Source of the DNA: an uncultured virus (IMG/VR IMGVR_UViG_3300012953_002453)
Taxonomy: Duplodnaviria; Heunggongvirae; Uroviricota; Caudoviricetes
IMG/VR virus record: IMGVR_UViG_3300012953_002453
Direction: 5' to 3' (one strand)
Length of the DNA stretch: 64,000 nucleotides
The translations under genes were made by a program, and so were the position numbers. Below, piece by piece: positions 47,063 through 57,526 of the stretch (its first letter is position 1; every line of letters begins with the position of its first letter). The notes beneath the pieces were generated by a model. The model was given only the letters and a program-made list of their open reading frames with translations. It ran no database searches and was not told the origin of the DNA.

Positions 47063-48427
47063 TTATACTTTAAAATCTGAAAATTTGTCGTAAGGGTCTT
47101 CAGCAAATTCTTTCTCCTGATTAGCGTCTACAATGTTTTGTGCTTTTTGCTCTACATCATACAATCTCATCTTACTTCTATCAACGCCAATAATAAAACT
47201 ACGATTGATTGCGGGATCGCTATACCTGTTCTTCAATTGTTTTACTTTCATTTGATTAAGACTATCTAACTCTTCGTTAGTCATCAAAGCAAACATAAAG
47301 TCAGCAGTAGCAGGTAGACCAAAACTTTCAGAAGTATCTTCTAATCCAATATCAGTAGATACAAAACCACTTCTTGTTGTTTGTGTAGCAGTAAATATAG
47401 GTAATTTAAATTCTACTGCAAGACCTCTTAACTCTTCTGCAATTGCTTTGATGTAGAAGTAAGATGATATATTACCACCTTTAAATCTACTTGAAGCACA
47501 TATGTTAAGATAATCTATGAATACAACATCAGGTTTAAAACTTTTCTTTAATGCAAGTTCATTTAATAATCCTTTAAAGTGTCCACTATGAGCAGACGCT
47601 GTAGGATATTCTTTTACAATTAATGTACCAGGACTTTTTGATTTTAACTTTTTAATTCTGTCATCAAACATATCTTTAGGTAAAGCGTGTAAATCATCTG
47701 TGGTTACATCTAATAAATTACTATCAATTCTTTCTGCGATTCTTTCTTCTGCCATCTCCATTGTAATGTATAAAACATTCTTACCTTCAAGTAATGAAGT
47801 AGCAGCGAGGTGACACATAAACAAAGATTTACCTACACCAGTACCGGCAAGACATACATTCAATGTCTTCTGTGGCACACCGCCTTTAGTTATTCTATTG
47901 AAATATTGTAAATCAAAAGGAAGTCTTAATTCTTTCCTATGGTAATAATCAAATCTATCATCTGCATCCCCAATGTAATCGTGCCCAATGTGATTATCAA
48001 AAGACACAGCAAGAGCTTCAGATAAAATTGAAGGAATGGCCTCCGCATTTCTTTCCTTGTCTTTTCCATCCAAGATTTTAATGCCGTTAAGTACTGCATT
48101 GTTTACCGCCTTGTCTTTACAGAATTTCTCCGTAGTGTCAAACAACCATTGTATATCACTCTCTTGTGGAGTTAATCCGTTTATTGTTGTTTTAATAGCC
48201 TTAAACTCTTCCTCGTTAATATCTTTACGATTGTTTAATTCTATAATCAAGGTCTCTTTTGTAGGAAGATTATTATATTTAGTTATGAAATCATAGATTG
48301 ATGTAAATAAAAGTTTATCACTTCTTGTGCCAAAGTATTCATCTTTTAAAAACGGCAATACCTTTCTAGTATATTCTTCATTGAATATTAAGTTTGTCAG
48401 TATTGTGTCTTCAAGTCTATTTGTCAT
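47063..48427 (-). CDS. T4 gp41-like replicative helicase
   Basis: AGTGVGKS, EMAEERI, IDYLNIC, SESFGLPATAD, KQLKNRY. Confidence 0.97.
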   Translation of the reverse strand: MTNRLEDTILTNLIFNEEYTRKVLPFLKDEYFGTRSDKLLFTSIYDFITKYNNLPTKETLIIELNNRKDINEEEFKAIKTTINGLTPQESDIQWLFDTTEKFCKDKAVNNAVLNGIKILDGKDKERNAEAIPSILSEALAVSFDNHIGHDYIGDADDRFDYYHRKELRLPFDLQYFNRITKGGVPQKTLNVCLAGTGVGKSLFMCHLAATSLLEGKNVLYITMEMAEERIAERIDSNLLDVTTDDLHALPKDMFDDRIKKLKSKSPGTLIVKEYPTASAHSGHFKGLLNELALKKSFKPDVVFIDYLNICASSRFKGGNISSYFYIKAIAEELRGLAVEFKLPIFTATQTTRSGFVSTDIGLEDTSESFGLPATADFMFALMTNEELDSLNQMKVKQLKNRYSDPAINRSFIIGVDRSKMRLYDVEQKAQNIVDANQEKEFAEDPYDKFSDFKV

Positions 48428-48734
48428 CAAGGATTGTTCCGTCATTTATTCTCTCATCTAAAAGTTCAATTAATATATCACCAATATACACTAAAAATGC
48501 TTCTTTGTCAATATCCAAGTCAAGTTCTTCTGGTTTCTTTAATAGAGTCCATTCAAACTGCAAAGGCAACTTACCATCTGCGTTTTCTTCTTTTGCAAAT
48601 TGTACTTTGCCGTACTTGTATATAACATCTTTGTACTTACCTTCAACGATTTTTATACAACTATAATCGTCTCCTGGTCTTTGTGCAAAAGTGTATCTTT
48701 TATCCGTAGAGGAATTTTCTTTTTGTTGCTTCAT
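48417..48734 (-). CDS. Hypothetical protein at the T4 gp40 position
   Basis: Between UvsX and gp41; G.Y..V.Y.YG.V. Confidence 0.6.
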   Translation of the reverse strand: MKQQKENSSTDKRYTFAQRPGDDYSCIKIVEGKYKDVIYKYGKVQFAKEENADGKLPLQFEWTLLKKPEELDLDIDKEAFLVYIGDILIELLDERINDGTILDDK

Positions 48735-49713
48735 CTATCTTCTCTAATATCTCTTTTGTAAAGTACTCTTCTGGATTGTCAATGATTGTTTTACCAAACA
48801 CTTTCTTACCATCAGGTGTTTCAATTCTAGTAGATACTTTTTTGAAGATACCTTCATCAACAGCAATATCTAATAGTCCATAGTATTTGTCTAAACCTTT
48901 TGTATAAGTTAACAATACATCAATTATAGCATTCTCTTTTGTTAACCTTGACTTATAGTTTTTACAATGAATAATATTACCGACAACTTCTGTGCCGTCT
49001 TTTACTTTTCTCTTTGATAGATAAACAATATTACTAGCGGCGTATTTCAATCCTGAACCACCACCCATTTCTTTTTGAGGGAACATAGAACCAATAACAT
49101 CATAAGTGTGATTGGTCATAATCATAGGAATATTTGCTTTACCAAGTTTTAATGTTAAAACTCTAAATGTAGATTTGACAATTTGACTTCTTGTCATATC
49201 TCTTGTTTCTTTACCGTCAGCAGTATCTTCCATTTCTTTTGTAGTAGATAACATACCTAAACTATCTAATACAAACATAATAGGTTTTCTAGCACTCTCT
49301 GGTTGTTCTAGGTACTTGTCTACTACTTTGATTGCTTGTGCTCTAAATTCTTGTACGGTTGCAACTGGTACAACTACAAATCTTTTACTATCAATGCCTC
49401 TATCTTCAATCATATTTTTAGATACGGCACTTTCACTTTCAAAGTAAATAACACCTGCGTCTTTATCTGATTCTAAAAAATGTTTACAGATACCTAATGC
49501 GAAAAATGTTTTACCTGTAGCAGCTTCACCTGCGATAGCAGTAATCTTATTACCTGGCATACCACCATATATACTGCCTGATAGTAAGGCATTTAATGAA
49601 TAACAACCTGTATCAACAAAATTTGATACATCACCAGCATCCACACCTTCACTTGCAAGTGTGGCATATTCATTGCCAGTTTCTTTTATTATATCTTTTA
49701 AAAAATCACTCAT
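48700..49713 (-). CDS. uvsX: UvsX RecA-like recombinase
   Basis: [24 protein letters not shown]. Confidence 0.95.
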   Translation of the reverse strand: MSDFLKDIIKETGNEYATLASEGVDAGDVSNFVDTGCYSLNALLSGSIYGGMPGNKITAIAGEAATGKTFFALGICKHFLESDKDAGVIYFESESAVSKNMIEDRGIDSKRFVVVPVATVQEFRAQAIKVVDKYLEQPESARKPIMFVLDSLGMLSTTKEMEDTADGKETRDMTRSQIVKSTFRVLTLKLGKANIPMIMTNHTYDVIGSMFPQKEMGGGSGLKYAASNIVYLSKRKVKDGTEVVGNIIHCKNYKSRLTKENAIIDVLLTYTKGLDKYYGLLDIAVDEGIFKKVSTRIETPDGKKVFGKTIIDNPEEYFTKEILEKIDEATKRKFLYG

Positions 49714-49813
49714 AGATTACTCCATTCAATTATCTACATTGTATACTAATATAGCTTATTTGTCAACAGCCTGTTTTGTTTTTTTATGACTAGGCTTGTA
49801 TACTTCATTCTTA

Positions 49814-51046
49814 TCATAAAAAGTTTTCTAATGTACCTTTTCTACTACCAGAGAAGAAGTCATAATCCTTAGGACCAAAACACCAAACATTCTCAATATA
49901 CTTCATTGCCATAAATTCGTTTAGTTCTTCTTTAGTTTTAAACTTTGCATTTCCTTGAGGTCGTTGCATAATAACCATACCGATTTGACCTAAAAACTTT
50001 TCTCTATGTCTATTTATTAACTCATCACTTGACCTATATCTTACATTCTTAATCTTTGGATCCATAATGTTAACTAACATAAACTTTGATTTGTTCATAG
50101 TCTTTTCTGCAACAGGTAAATAGAAGTCGTCTCTCCACTTCTCATATTCATTGAATTTAAACCACGATTGATTTTCTTCTTTCTCACCACCTTTATTATA
50201 TTGTTCAGTACTAAAGTATGGTGGACTTGTAAAGGCACAATCTATATCTGGTAATTCATCATAAGGCAAATCTTCTGCACCACAATTATATATCTTAACT
50301 TTTTTATTAGGAAAGAATTTGCTATACTCTTCAATCTGTTTCATATATTGTTTATATGTGTTAGGGTTTGGGTCGCAACCATAATACTCTTCTGCATTAC
50401 TACTAAAGAAACCTGCAAGTCTATCACCCCAACCACAAGAAGTATCTAGTACCGTTCTTGCCTTTGTCATATCATATAAAGTTTTTGCAACAACAGGTTT
50501 AAATTGTGTTGCAATATATGTACCTAATCTAAAGGCACTCATATATGTACCTTCTTTTAAATGTCGTTCACTATTAATACCACGCCAGATAGGACCTAGA
50601 CAACGCCATACATCTTTTGCATTACCATTTTGCCATACATCTATAGGTGCTTTGAAACCATAACTACTACAATTTAATCTTAAATGTTGATGAAAATAAT
50701 TAGATGATATATTATATGTGCTAGGAGCGTCAATCAATCCTAGACCATACTTATCAAAACCATATTCATAATCATCATACTTCTCAAATACTTTCTTTTC
50801 AATCTGTTCTTTAGGCGTACATATCTTTGAAGTATCAAACTTTGATAAGTCAATAATACTTTTTCTCATATCTTCATATGATATTTGTTTGAGAGGAAAC
50901 TTTGGTCTTTCAGTAGCAATATATTCTGCTAGTAATTCTCTAAATTTTTCTTTACCTAGTTCTTCTGTCCATCTATCAAACTGGATAGTGTCCATAATAG
51001 GCAAACCGTTTTCATCAGCGTATTGTTTAAGGTCTAGGGTCTTCAT
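49814..51046 (-). CDS. DNA amino-methyltransferase (N4C/N6A)
   Basis: LDTSCGWGDRL SAM motif, DPN, FTSPPY. Confidence 0.8.
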   Translation of the reverse strand: MKTLDLKQYADENGLPIMDTIQFDRWTEELGKEKFRELLAEYIATERPKFPLKQISYEDMRKSIIDLSKFDTSKICTPKEQIEKKVFEKYDDYEYGFDKYGLGLIDAPSTYNISSNYFHQHLRLNCSSYGFKAPIDVWQNGNAKDVWRCLGPIWRGINSERHLKEGTYMSAFRLGTYIATQFKPVVAKTLYDMTKARTVLDTSCGWGDRLAGFFSSNAEEYYGCDPNPNTYKQYMKQIEEYSKFFPNKKVKIYNCGAEDLPYDELPDIDCAFTSPPYFSTEQYNKGGEKEENQSWFKFNEYEKWRDDFYLPVAEKTMNKSKFMLVNIMDPKIKNVRYRSSDELINRHREKFLGQIGMVIMQRPQGNAKFKTKEELNEFMAMKYIENVWCFGPKDYDFFSGSRKGTLENFL

Positions 51047-51124
51047 TGTTCCACATCATTAATAAAATTATTGGTATTAAAAATATAATTATTAGTGTTA
51101 ATATACTATAAAAATACATCATTG

Positions 51125-51706
51125 TCAAGCACCCATACCTGGCCAACCTTCACTTAATCCAAGGTCTTCCCATTTAGTATTACTCTCTTGTACATTTAGG
51201 TAAGGAAACTCACCATTGAGTAATTTATATTCATCTACATAACTTTTTTCTATCGTATGATAATCTACACTAATGTAATGATATTGATAGTCACCATTCA
51301 TTTTTTGTATTTGGACTTTAACTTCTGGTAGATTATAATAATAAACTTCTATTGTTTTACCTGCTTTGACTTGTTGATTGATATAGTTCCATACTGCATA
51401 AGTTCTTTTAGAATTACCTTCTCTAAAACCACCTAGATAAGCATTGATTGTACCTTCAATACCACCTTTAGTTTGACTACCACCAATCTTAACTATTTTA
51501 TCATCACAAGTAATAATGTATATTTTACCACAGGAATTTTGTCGTTCTTGTTTTGATACTGCAAACTTAACTTTCAATGGTGTTTCTGGTAGATGTAAAT
51601 AACCTGGGTCTTTATATATCTGTCCTAAACATAACCAGTTGTCTAGTTTTAATTGTTGAATTTTATTTTTCTTTGCATATCCTAATTGTTCGGCAAGAGC
51701 ATTCAT
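51125..51706 (-). CDS. GIY-YIG-like endonuclease
   Basis: KIYII......VKIG, IE..Y, P.LN.QE. Confidence 0.6.
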   Translation of the reverse strand: MNALAEQLGYAKKNKIQQLKLDNWLCLGQIYKDPGYLHLPETPLKVKFAVSKQERQNSCGKIYIITCDDKIVKIGGSQTKGGIEGTINAYLGGFREGNSKRTYAVWNYINQQVKAGKTIEVYYYNLPEVKVQIQKMNGDYQYHYISVDYHTIEKSYVDEYKLLNGEFPYLNVQESNTKWEDLGLSEGWPGMGA

Positions 51707-52242
51707 ACTTCGTTCCCCCAACTATCCCAACCTTCTCTCTTCTGTCTTGCAAAGAGTTCAATGTATGGACCGTTTAATAAGTTTTCAATATGTGTATACA
51801 TTATATCTGGTTTCTTACTATGTCGTTCTCTTTGTGATACGACTAATTGTGGTACTGATTTAGATTTTCTTTTAGGTTTACCTTTAGTTGCAAGTAAACA
51901 CATTTCAGGATTACCTCTAGTCCAATATCCTAAACCTGTAAAGAAACCTAGTTTATTCTTATTTGTTTTTGCCCAAGTAAATCCTACCGTCTTATACTGA
52001 AAACCCCAGGCGTCTATTACATCAAATGCTAAATCTAAACTATGGTCAACAACCCACATCAATAAAGTACAATTGTCATCTGCAATATCTTTTACTGGTA
52101 AGTCTGTTATATCTTTAAGTTCTAAAGTCTGATAGTGTTGACTAGCATTTCTGTCATCACCTTTCGGACTAAACGATTTAAAAGACCACGGTGGGTCTGC
52201 ATAGATTACACTATACTTTTTTTTCGGTAAGTTTATACTCAA
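51703..52242 (-). CDS. MT-A70 family adenine methyltransferase
   Basis: IYADPPW, WGF.YKT, HSKKP, ELFAR...GWD.WGNE. Confidence 0.92.
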   Translation of the reverse strand: MSINLPKKKYSVIYADPPWSFKSFSPKGDDRNASQHYQTLELKDITDLPVKDIADDNCTLLMWVVDHSLDLAFDVIDAWGFQYKTVGFTWAKTNKNKLGFFTGLGYWTRGNPEMCLLATKGKPKRKSKSVPQLVVSQRERHSKKPDIMYTHIENLLNGPYIELFARQKREGWDSWGNEV

Positions 52243-52708
52243 AATTTTGCGTCTCTTTGTTGATTAATATTTGTTTTGCACCATTACGAATATGAAAGTG
52301 TGTCGCCATAGGTGTAAGAGGTGATAATGTTACCACTCTTTCAATATGATTTGCTTTTGCATATTCTAATACCTTATTAATAATCTCTTTACCTGCACCT
52401 CGTTTACGAGACCATACCGTGTATGCAATAGCATTTCGTTTCTCGTTCTTTAGGTCTGCAAGTTCAGACATCATATCTAATTCTTTTACACTTGTAGGAA
52501 TATCATTTGTAAACGCAATACAAATAATGCCTTCAATCTCTTCATTATATTTTAAACCAAATATCTTTCTACCTTTAGTAATACGCCAACCTAATGTTAG
52601 TTCAGGTCTTACTGGATCCTCTGATACATCAATGTCATCTAACTCTACTAGTTCAGTTCCATTAACCCATCTAAAAAAATCATCTGTCTTATCTTTAAAA
52701 AATTTCAT
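52211..52708 (-). CDS. GNAT-like hypothetical protein
   Basis: DPVRP, YTVWS..RGAG, VTLSP.T.MA..FH..NGA. Confidence 0.65.
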   Translation of the reverse strand: MKFFKDKTDDFFRWVNGTELVELDDIDVSEDPVRPELTLGWRITKGRKIFGLKYNEEIEGIICIAFTNDIPTSVKELDMMSELADLKNEKRNAIAYTVWSRKRGAGKEIINKVLEYAKANHIERVVTLSPLTPMATHFHIRNGAKQILINKETQNFEYKLTEKKV

Positions 52709-52711
52709 ATG

Positions 52712-52852
52712 TTAACTCATTAATAATATTTTAGTTAATATAACACACAATAAGAAAGTCGCCAAAGATATTCTAGTGTGTGCTATTCTTTCTCCTATCT
52801 GAAAACCTATCAGACATAACAACCAGATTGTAAATAAATCGTATGTCGTCAT
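52712..52852 (-). CDS. Small membrane protein (46 aa)
   Basis: Manual ORF MTTYDLFTIW...; TAATG coupling to gp43. Confidence 0.5.
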   Translation of the reverse strand: MTTYDLFTIWLLCLIGFQIGERIAHTRISLATFLLCVILTKILLMS

Positions 52853-55344
52853 TATCCGAAGAAAGCCTCCAGACTTGCTTGAGGTTCAGCGTGCCAACCT
52901 ATTGCACCAAGAATAAATCTCATTGGGTCTAGGAATGTTTTTTCAAACTGCACCTCGTAATCTATATAGTCTTGCAACTTAAACTCTCTAGGTAATGTGG
53001 ACAAATAAGCACACACATTAAACTTGAAAGGATTAGGTTCTTTCAACAATATAAATTTAATTTTATCACCTTCTTGTATCAACGGATACCTTTGGTCTAA
53101 ATTCTGATTTTTCAAATGCCAATTATAAATCAAACTACCTTTGATATGAATAGGTGTACCTTTGATGAATATATCACTTGAAGATGAGTACTTTCTCAAA
53201 TTATTACAACTTCTAGGAAATGCAATTTGTTCAGGTTCGTACTTCTTATAAATTTCTTTGAAATCTGAAATGTAATTATGTAATGCGTCTTCATCTTTAT
53301 TCATAATCAATCTGATTGCTTCTTTAATTGCAACACGACAAACTTCTGGTGTTGAAGATTTTACTGCTTCAATACCCATAATCTTTAGTTTAGGTTCTTC
53401 AAAACGGAAACCTTCTTCATCTAGCACATTCAACATATATCTTTTCTTGGCAGTCCAGATACCTTTGTCTGCGATAACTTCTCGTTTCATAACCATCTTC
53501 TGTTGAAACGCATTTGTATAACCTGCGACTTCTTCAAAACACTTTTCAATAAATGGTTCAATCTTACCTTTTGCAACCTTATCAACAAAGTTTAGTTTCT
53601 GTTCTTTAGTTTTATCTTTACAAAACTTATCTACTAATTTGTCTAGGCACAAATAGATACTATCAGTATCAGAAGCAACAATATAATCAATCTTATCTTT
53701 TGTTTGTAATATATCATTTACATATTTGTTGACTTGTTGTTCAACATACTGAATAATAAACTGACCAGCAGTTGTAATTGCTGACGCTTGATTGACATTG
53801 TAAAATCTAAAATACTGATTACCGATTGCACCATAAGCACTATTCAATGAAATCTTTTTTGCCCATTGAATATTATGACAACGAGATATTTCTTTCTCAT
53901 AGATTGGGTCTTTTGTTTTTTGAAATTCTTTCTTTGCCTGAAATTCTAATTGTTTGTAATGTACTCTATCATTATACATACCTTCCATAATCTTCGGTAA
54001 GAAACCTTGACTATCTGTTTTAAACATTGCACCGTTAGGTGTAATAGTTGCACCTTGTGTTTGTAAATGTGTAAGAGGTGTAGCGTGTTTTAATAACTTG
54101 TCTACAGATATACCATTAGGTTTAACACCAATCATCTTTTCAGGACTAATATTATATTGCATAATCAAATGAGGATATAGTGAGTTAATATCAAACGATA
54201 CAATCCATTTATGTTGACCAACTTGTGGTGTCTTAACATATGCACCGACATATTTCTCTTCTTTAATATTATCAGTACGAGGAGGAATATGTACATTGTC
54301 TTTTAATAGATGATTGTAAATTAATGTATCCCAAAGTCTAACTTCTGAAAACACATCTGTATAATTGACTTTTGCCTCATAGGCCATAGTCATAATCAAT
54401 TCAATCAATCTTAACTTATCTTCTAGTTTATCAACGAGTTCAACATCTTTAATATTGTACTCAACGAAAGATTGAAAATCATTCTTATACCACTCTCTAA
54501 AAGTTTCATATGGATTATTATCTTTACCATCACCACCTAATTCTACCTTTGCGATATAATCAAGTTTATAACTTTCTTGTCTAGTCGGAATAAATTTTAT
54601 GTACAAGTCTAGGTAATCTAAATTAGATATACCTGTAATCTTAAATATTGTTTGTTGTCTACCTCTAACGGTTAGTTTCTCTTCTTCAATCAAACCCCAA
54701 GGCGATAGTTTATTAATAACTTTATCACCTACAAGTTTTTTAGTTCTATTACATAGATATGGTATATCAAAAAATTTAGTATTCCAACCTGTAATAACAT
54801 CAGGATAATTCTTCATCCAGAATTTGAAAAACTCCATTAACAATTGTTTTTCATTAGCACATTCTACATAGGTAACATTATCTTGTTTGACAAGAAATGG
54901 TTTAGTACCCCAAGTAATAATTTGTTTGTTAGATTGATTTTTAATTGTAAGACAAATAATTTCTTCTGTCGGATTTTCTACATCAGGAAAACCACCTTCA
55001 GCAGTTGTTTCAATATCAATTGTAAAGATTTTAATTAAACTTTTATCAAACTCAATTTGTTTTGGATATTCTTTACTGATATATTGAAAGTGCCATCTAT
55101 CATTACCATATAGTGGACTATTAGAAGTTGCATAACTTCTTTTAAATTCTCTTGCTTTTGAAATACTTTCAAAGGTAATAGGTTTTAGATTGTTGCCTTG
55201 TAAAGTTTTATGATTAGTTTCGTCTTGTGTTTGTGCATACATTGTAGGTCTAAAAGAAACCTTTTCTTTAAACTCTTGTCCGTCGTGTATACCACGAACC
55301 AACAACTTACCTCTATGTTCAACTACATCTTTATAAAAATTCAC
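52852..55344 (-). CDS. T4 gp43-like family B DNA polymerase
   Basis: DIET exonuclease, DINSLYP, K...NSAYG, SDTDS, KKRY. Confidence 0.98.
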   Translation of the reverse strand: MNFYKDVVEHRGKLLVRGIHDGQEFKEKVSFRPTMYAQTQDETNHKTLQGNNLKPITFESISKAREFKRSYATSNSPLYGNDRWHFQYISKEYPKQIEFDKSLIKIFTIDIETTAEGGFPDVENPTEEIICLTIKNQSNKQIITWGTKPFLVKQDNVTYVECANEKQLLMEFFKFWMKNYPDVITGWNTKFFDIPYLCNRTKKLVGDKVINKLSPWGLIEEEKLTVRGRQQTIFKITGISNLDYLDLYIKFIPTRQESYKLDYIAKVELGGDGKDNNPYETFREWYKNDFQSFVEYNIKDVELVDKLEDKLRLIELIMTMAYEAKVNYTDVFSEVRLWDTLIYNHLLKDNVHIPPRTDNIKEEKYVGAYVKTPQVGQHKWIVSFDINSLYPHLIMQYNISPEKMIGVKPNGISVDKLLKHATPLTHLQTQGATITPNGAMFKTDSQGFLPKIMEGMYNDRVHYKQLEFQAKKEFQKTKDPIYEKEISRCHNIQWAKKISLNSAYGAIGNQYFRFYNVNQASAITTAGQFIIQYVEQQVNKYVNDILQTKDKIDYIVASDTDSIYLCLDKLVDKFCKDKTKEQKLNFVDKVAKGKIEPFIEKCFEEVAGYTNAFQQKMVMKREVIADKGIWTAKKRYMLNVLDEEGFRFEEPKLKIMGIEAVKSSTPEVCRVAIKEAIRLIMNKDEDALHNYISDFKEIYKKYEPEQIAFPRSCNNLRKYSSSSDIFIKGTPIHIKGSLIYNWHLKNQNLDQRYPLIQEGDKIKFILLKEPNPFKFNVCAYLSTLPREFKLQDYIDYEVQFEKTFLDPMRFILGAIGWHAEPQASLEAFFG

Positions 55345-55709
55345 TACACACTCTCCATACTTCTCAAATATATTTTCAAATTGTTATGTTTCTTTTCTAA
55401 CATAACATTACAACCTAGTCTGGAATACATTCTATCATATTCCATATTCATTTCTAATATCTCATTTTCTAAACTATTATACTCTACTCTTCCTACTTTG
55501 TCAATATCCTCTCGTATATTAATATGACAAGTACCACAAGCAGTACACCCACCACAATCGCCTGGTACTTCATCAATCGTAGGTTCGGCAAATGTTCTTG
55601 CCGCCTCCATAATTGTATAACCTGTAGGTACTATAACTTGTTGTGTCTTGCCGTTCTTACTTATGAAGTTAATAGTTATAGTATCCTTTGTTTGGATACT
55701 ATCACTCAT
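55344..55709 (-). CDS. fdx: 2Fe-2S ferredoxin (ISC/adrenodoxin type)
   Basis: CGGCTACGTCH...SRLGC. Confidence 0.9.
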   Translation of the reverse strand: MSDSIQTKDTITINFISKNGKTQQVIVPTGYTIMEAARTFAEPTIDEVPGDCGGCTACGTCHINIREDIDKVGRVEYNSLENEILEMNMEYDRMYSRLGCNVMLEKKHNNLKIYLRSMESV

Positions 55710-56008
55710 TAAGTTATTAAACCTGGTCCAGTTAAAATTTTAGAAACTGATTGTTCATATGACGCAAGTAAATCCTGTTTAGGTTCTACTACCGTTATAA
55801 TCTTATCATCTTTAAATTTTATTTCTTCTGTTTCTGCATACGGAATGTATGTGAACATACCAAATTTAATTGCTTCGCCTGGTTTAGGCGCTGATGTTGG
55901 ATAAATGATGTAAGGTTTTTTAACAACTACTTCACCATTGCCTTGACTGAAATCGCCAATTATATCTTCACCTGTAATTATTCGTACTATCTTTATATTT
56001 TTTTGCAT
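55709..56008 (-). CDS. Small conserved T4-like protein (Sm-like fold suspected)
   Basis: IKIVR..TGEDII. Confidence 0.65.
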   Translation of the reverse strand: MQKNIKIVRIITGEDIIGDFSQGNGEVVVKKPYIIYPTSAPKPGEAIKFGMFTYIPYAETEEIKFKDDKIITVVEPKQDLLASYEQSVSKILTGPGLIT

Positions 56009-56032
56009 AATATCTCCATTATATATTAGTTG

Positions 56033-57526
56033 TTAGTCTTTGTCAATAGGTGGTAATCGTTTTGATAAAACAAATGTTCTATTAGGATTAACAGACGCAT
56101 TGAATAATCTGATTACTTCTCTATTTAGTAATACATCTGAACCAGACCTTGGTCGTTGGTCAAGTCCAAATTCTATATCAGGATATGTGAAACCGTTAAA
56201 GGTAAGTGGTAATTGAATTGTTGTTCTAGTTTCTGATGGTTCTTCACCTTCTGCGTTAGCACGAAAGACTTTACTCTCCCCGTACTTCGGTGCTGAATAT
56301 GTCTTACCATTATACTTCCAGGTTACCTTTTTACCTTCTACTTTAATATTTTCAGCGTGCATTGAACAAGCGTGAGCACCGTTACCAGTATCCATTTTTG
56401 CTCTCATCTTACCGATGTCGCCTACTTCTATTGTTTCTAACCAACCTACTTCTGAAATAGATTGTCTGTCCCAATTCTTTCTATCTGATAACCATTTAAT
56501 TAAGTTAGTTACCAGTTTGTCTCCTTTGATTGCACCACTATTTTCTGGATCCGAATAGAAGTCTTTGTAAATATATCCTTCGTAATCTGCACCAGTACCA
56601 GGTGAACCATTGACTTCTAATACATAAGGTTTTCCTTTGTGTATAATGTGGTCAACTCCACATAGATACGCCTTGGACGCCCTGCTAGCACGGAGTATGA
56701 TGTCTATTTCCTCGTCTTTCAACTTATAAGGAACAGCGTCAGCACCTCTATGTGTATTAGTTCTAAAATCGTCTGAGCCTTGAATTCTTTTTGTACTTGC
56801 AAAGATTTTGTTATCTACTACAAATGTTCTAATGTCAAAATCACTTGGCATAAATTCTTGTATTAACAATTCTGCACCGTGTTTCCATAGTGCCTGAATA
56901 GTTGATACTAGTCCGTCATAACTATCTACCTTAACAACACCAATACCTTGTGTACCAGTTAATGACTTTAAGATTACAGGAAACTTATCTATACCACCAA
57001 TCAATTCTAATGCGTCATCTATATTTTTTTCGTTAGATATAAATGCTGTTTTAGGTGTTGGTATACCAAACTTCTCAAATAGTAAAGCAGAAGTAAGTTT
57101 GTTATTACAAGTTAACATTGCGTTTCTTGTATTACACATAAATGAACCAGAGTTCTGGAAAGCAGATACAATTGATAAACCACTTTCGTCTTCTACAGAA
57201 CCTGCTCTTGTAATACAAACGGTATCTTTACCTATAAATGTATGTTCAGTATCTTTTCCGTCATAGTTATAAACGGTTAAAGTATTTTTTTCTTCGTCTT
57301 TACCTGTGATAATAGCGTGTCTAGTTTCAATAACTACACACTTAATCTTTAATTTTTCGCAAGCGTCATTGATTAACTTAACCGTCAGTTCTTTACTTTC
57401 CTTACCACCAACTTTTCTCTTCTTCAAGTCAGGATTAGTTTTAGTAATTACTGCAATTGTGATTGGTTTGTTTTCTCTATCTAAAGTTTGTTCAGATAAG
57501 AAATCGGTAAAGTTTTGTACTTGCAT
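56033..57526 (-). CDS. RimK-family ATP-grasp ligase fused to a RimB-like (DTG) protease domain
   Basis: FPVILK...GTQG.GV, QEF, DIR, FRTN...G, GVD, LEVNGSPG; C-terminal GW.E...AKMDTGN...S.HA...R...LL.R. Confidence 0.85.
   Translation of the reverse strand: MQVQNFTDFLSEQTLDRENKPITIAVITKTNPDLKKRKVGGKESKELTVKLINDACEKLKIKCVVIETRHAIITGKDEEKNTLTVYNYDGKDTEHTFIGKDTVCITRAGSVEDESGLSIVSAFQNSGSFMCNTRNAMLTCNNKLTSALLFEKFGIPTPKTAFISNEKNIDDALELIGGIDKFPVILKSLTGTQGIGVVKVDSYDGLVSTIQALWKHGAELLIQEFMPSDFDIRTFVVDNKIFASTKRIQGSDDFRTNTHRGADAVPYKLKDEEIDIILRASRASKAYLCGVDHIIHKGKPYVLEVNGSPGTGADYEGYIYKDFYSDPENSGAIKGDKLVTNLIKWLSDRKNWDRQSISEVGWLETIEVGDIGKMRAKMDTGNGAHACSMHAENIKVEGKKVTWKYNGKTYSAPKYGESKVFRANAEGEEPSETRTTIQLPLTFNGFTYPDIEFGLDQRPRSGSDVLLNREVIRLFNASVNPNRTFVLSKRLPPIDKD

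Noticed and set aside
20917..55344. Introns or inteins in nrdA, nrdB, gp41, uvsX or gp43
   Set aside because: All are continuous, of normal length, and show no splicing motifs.
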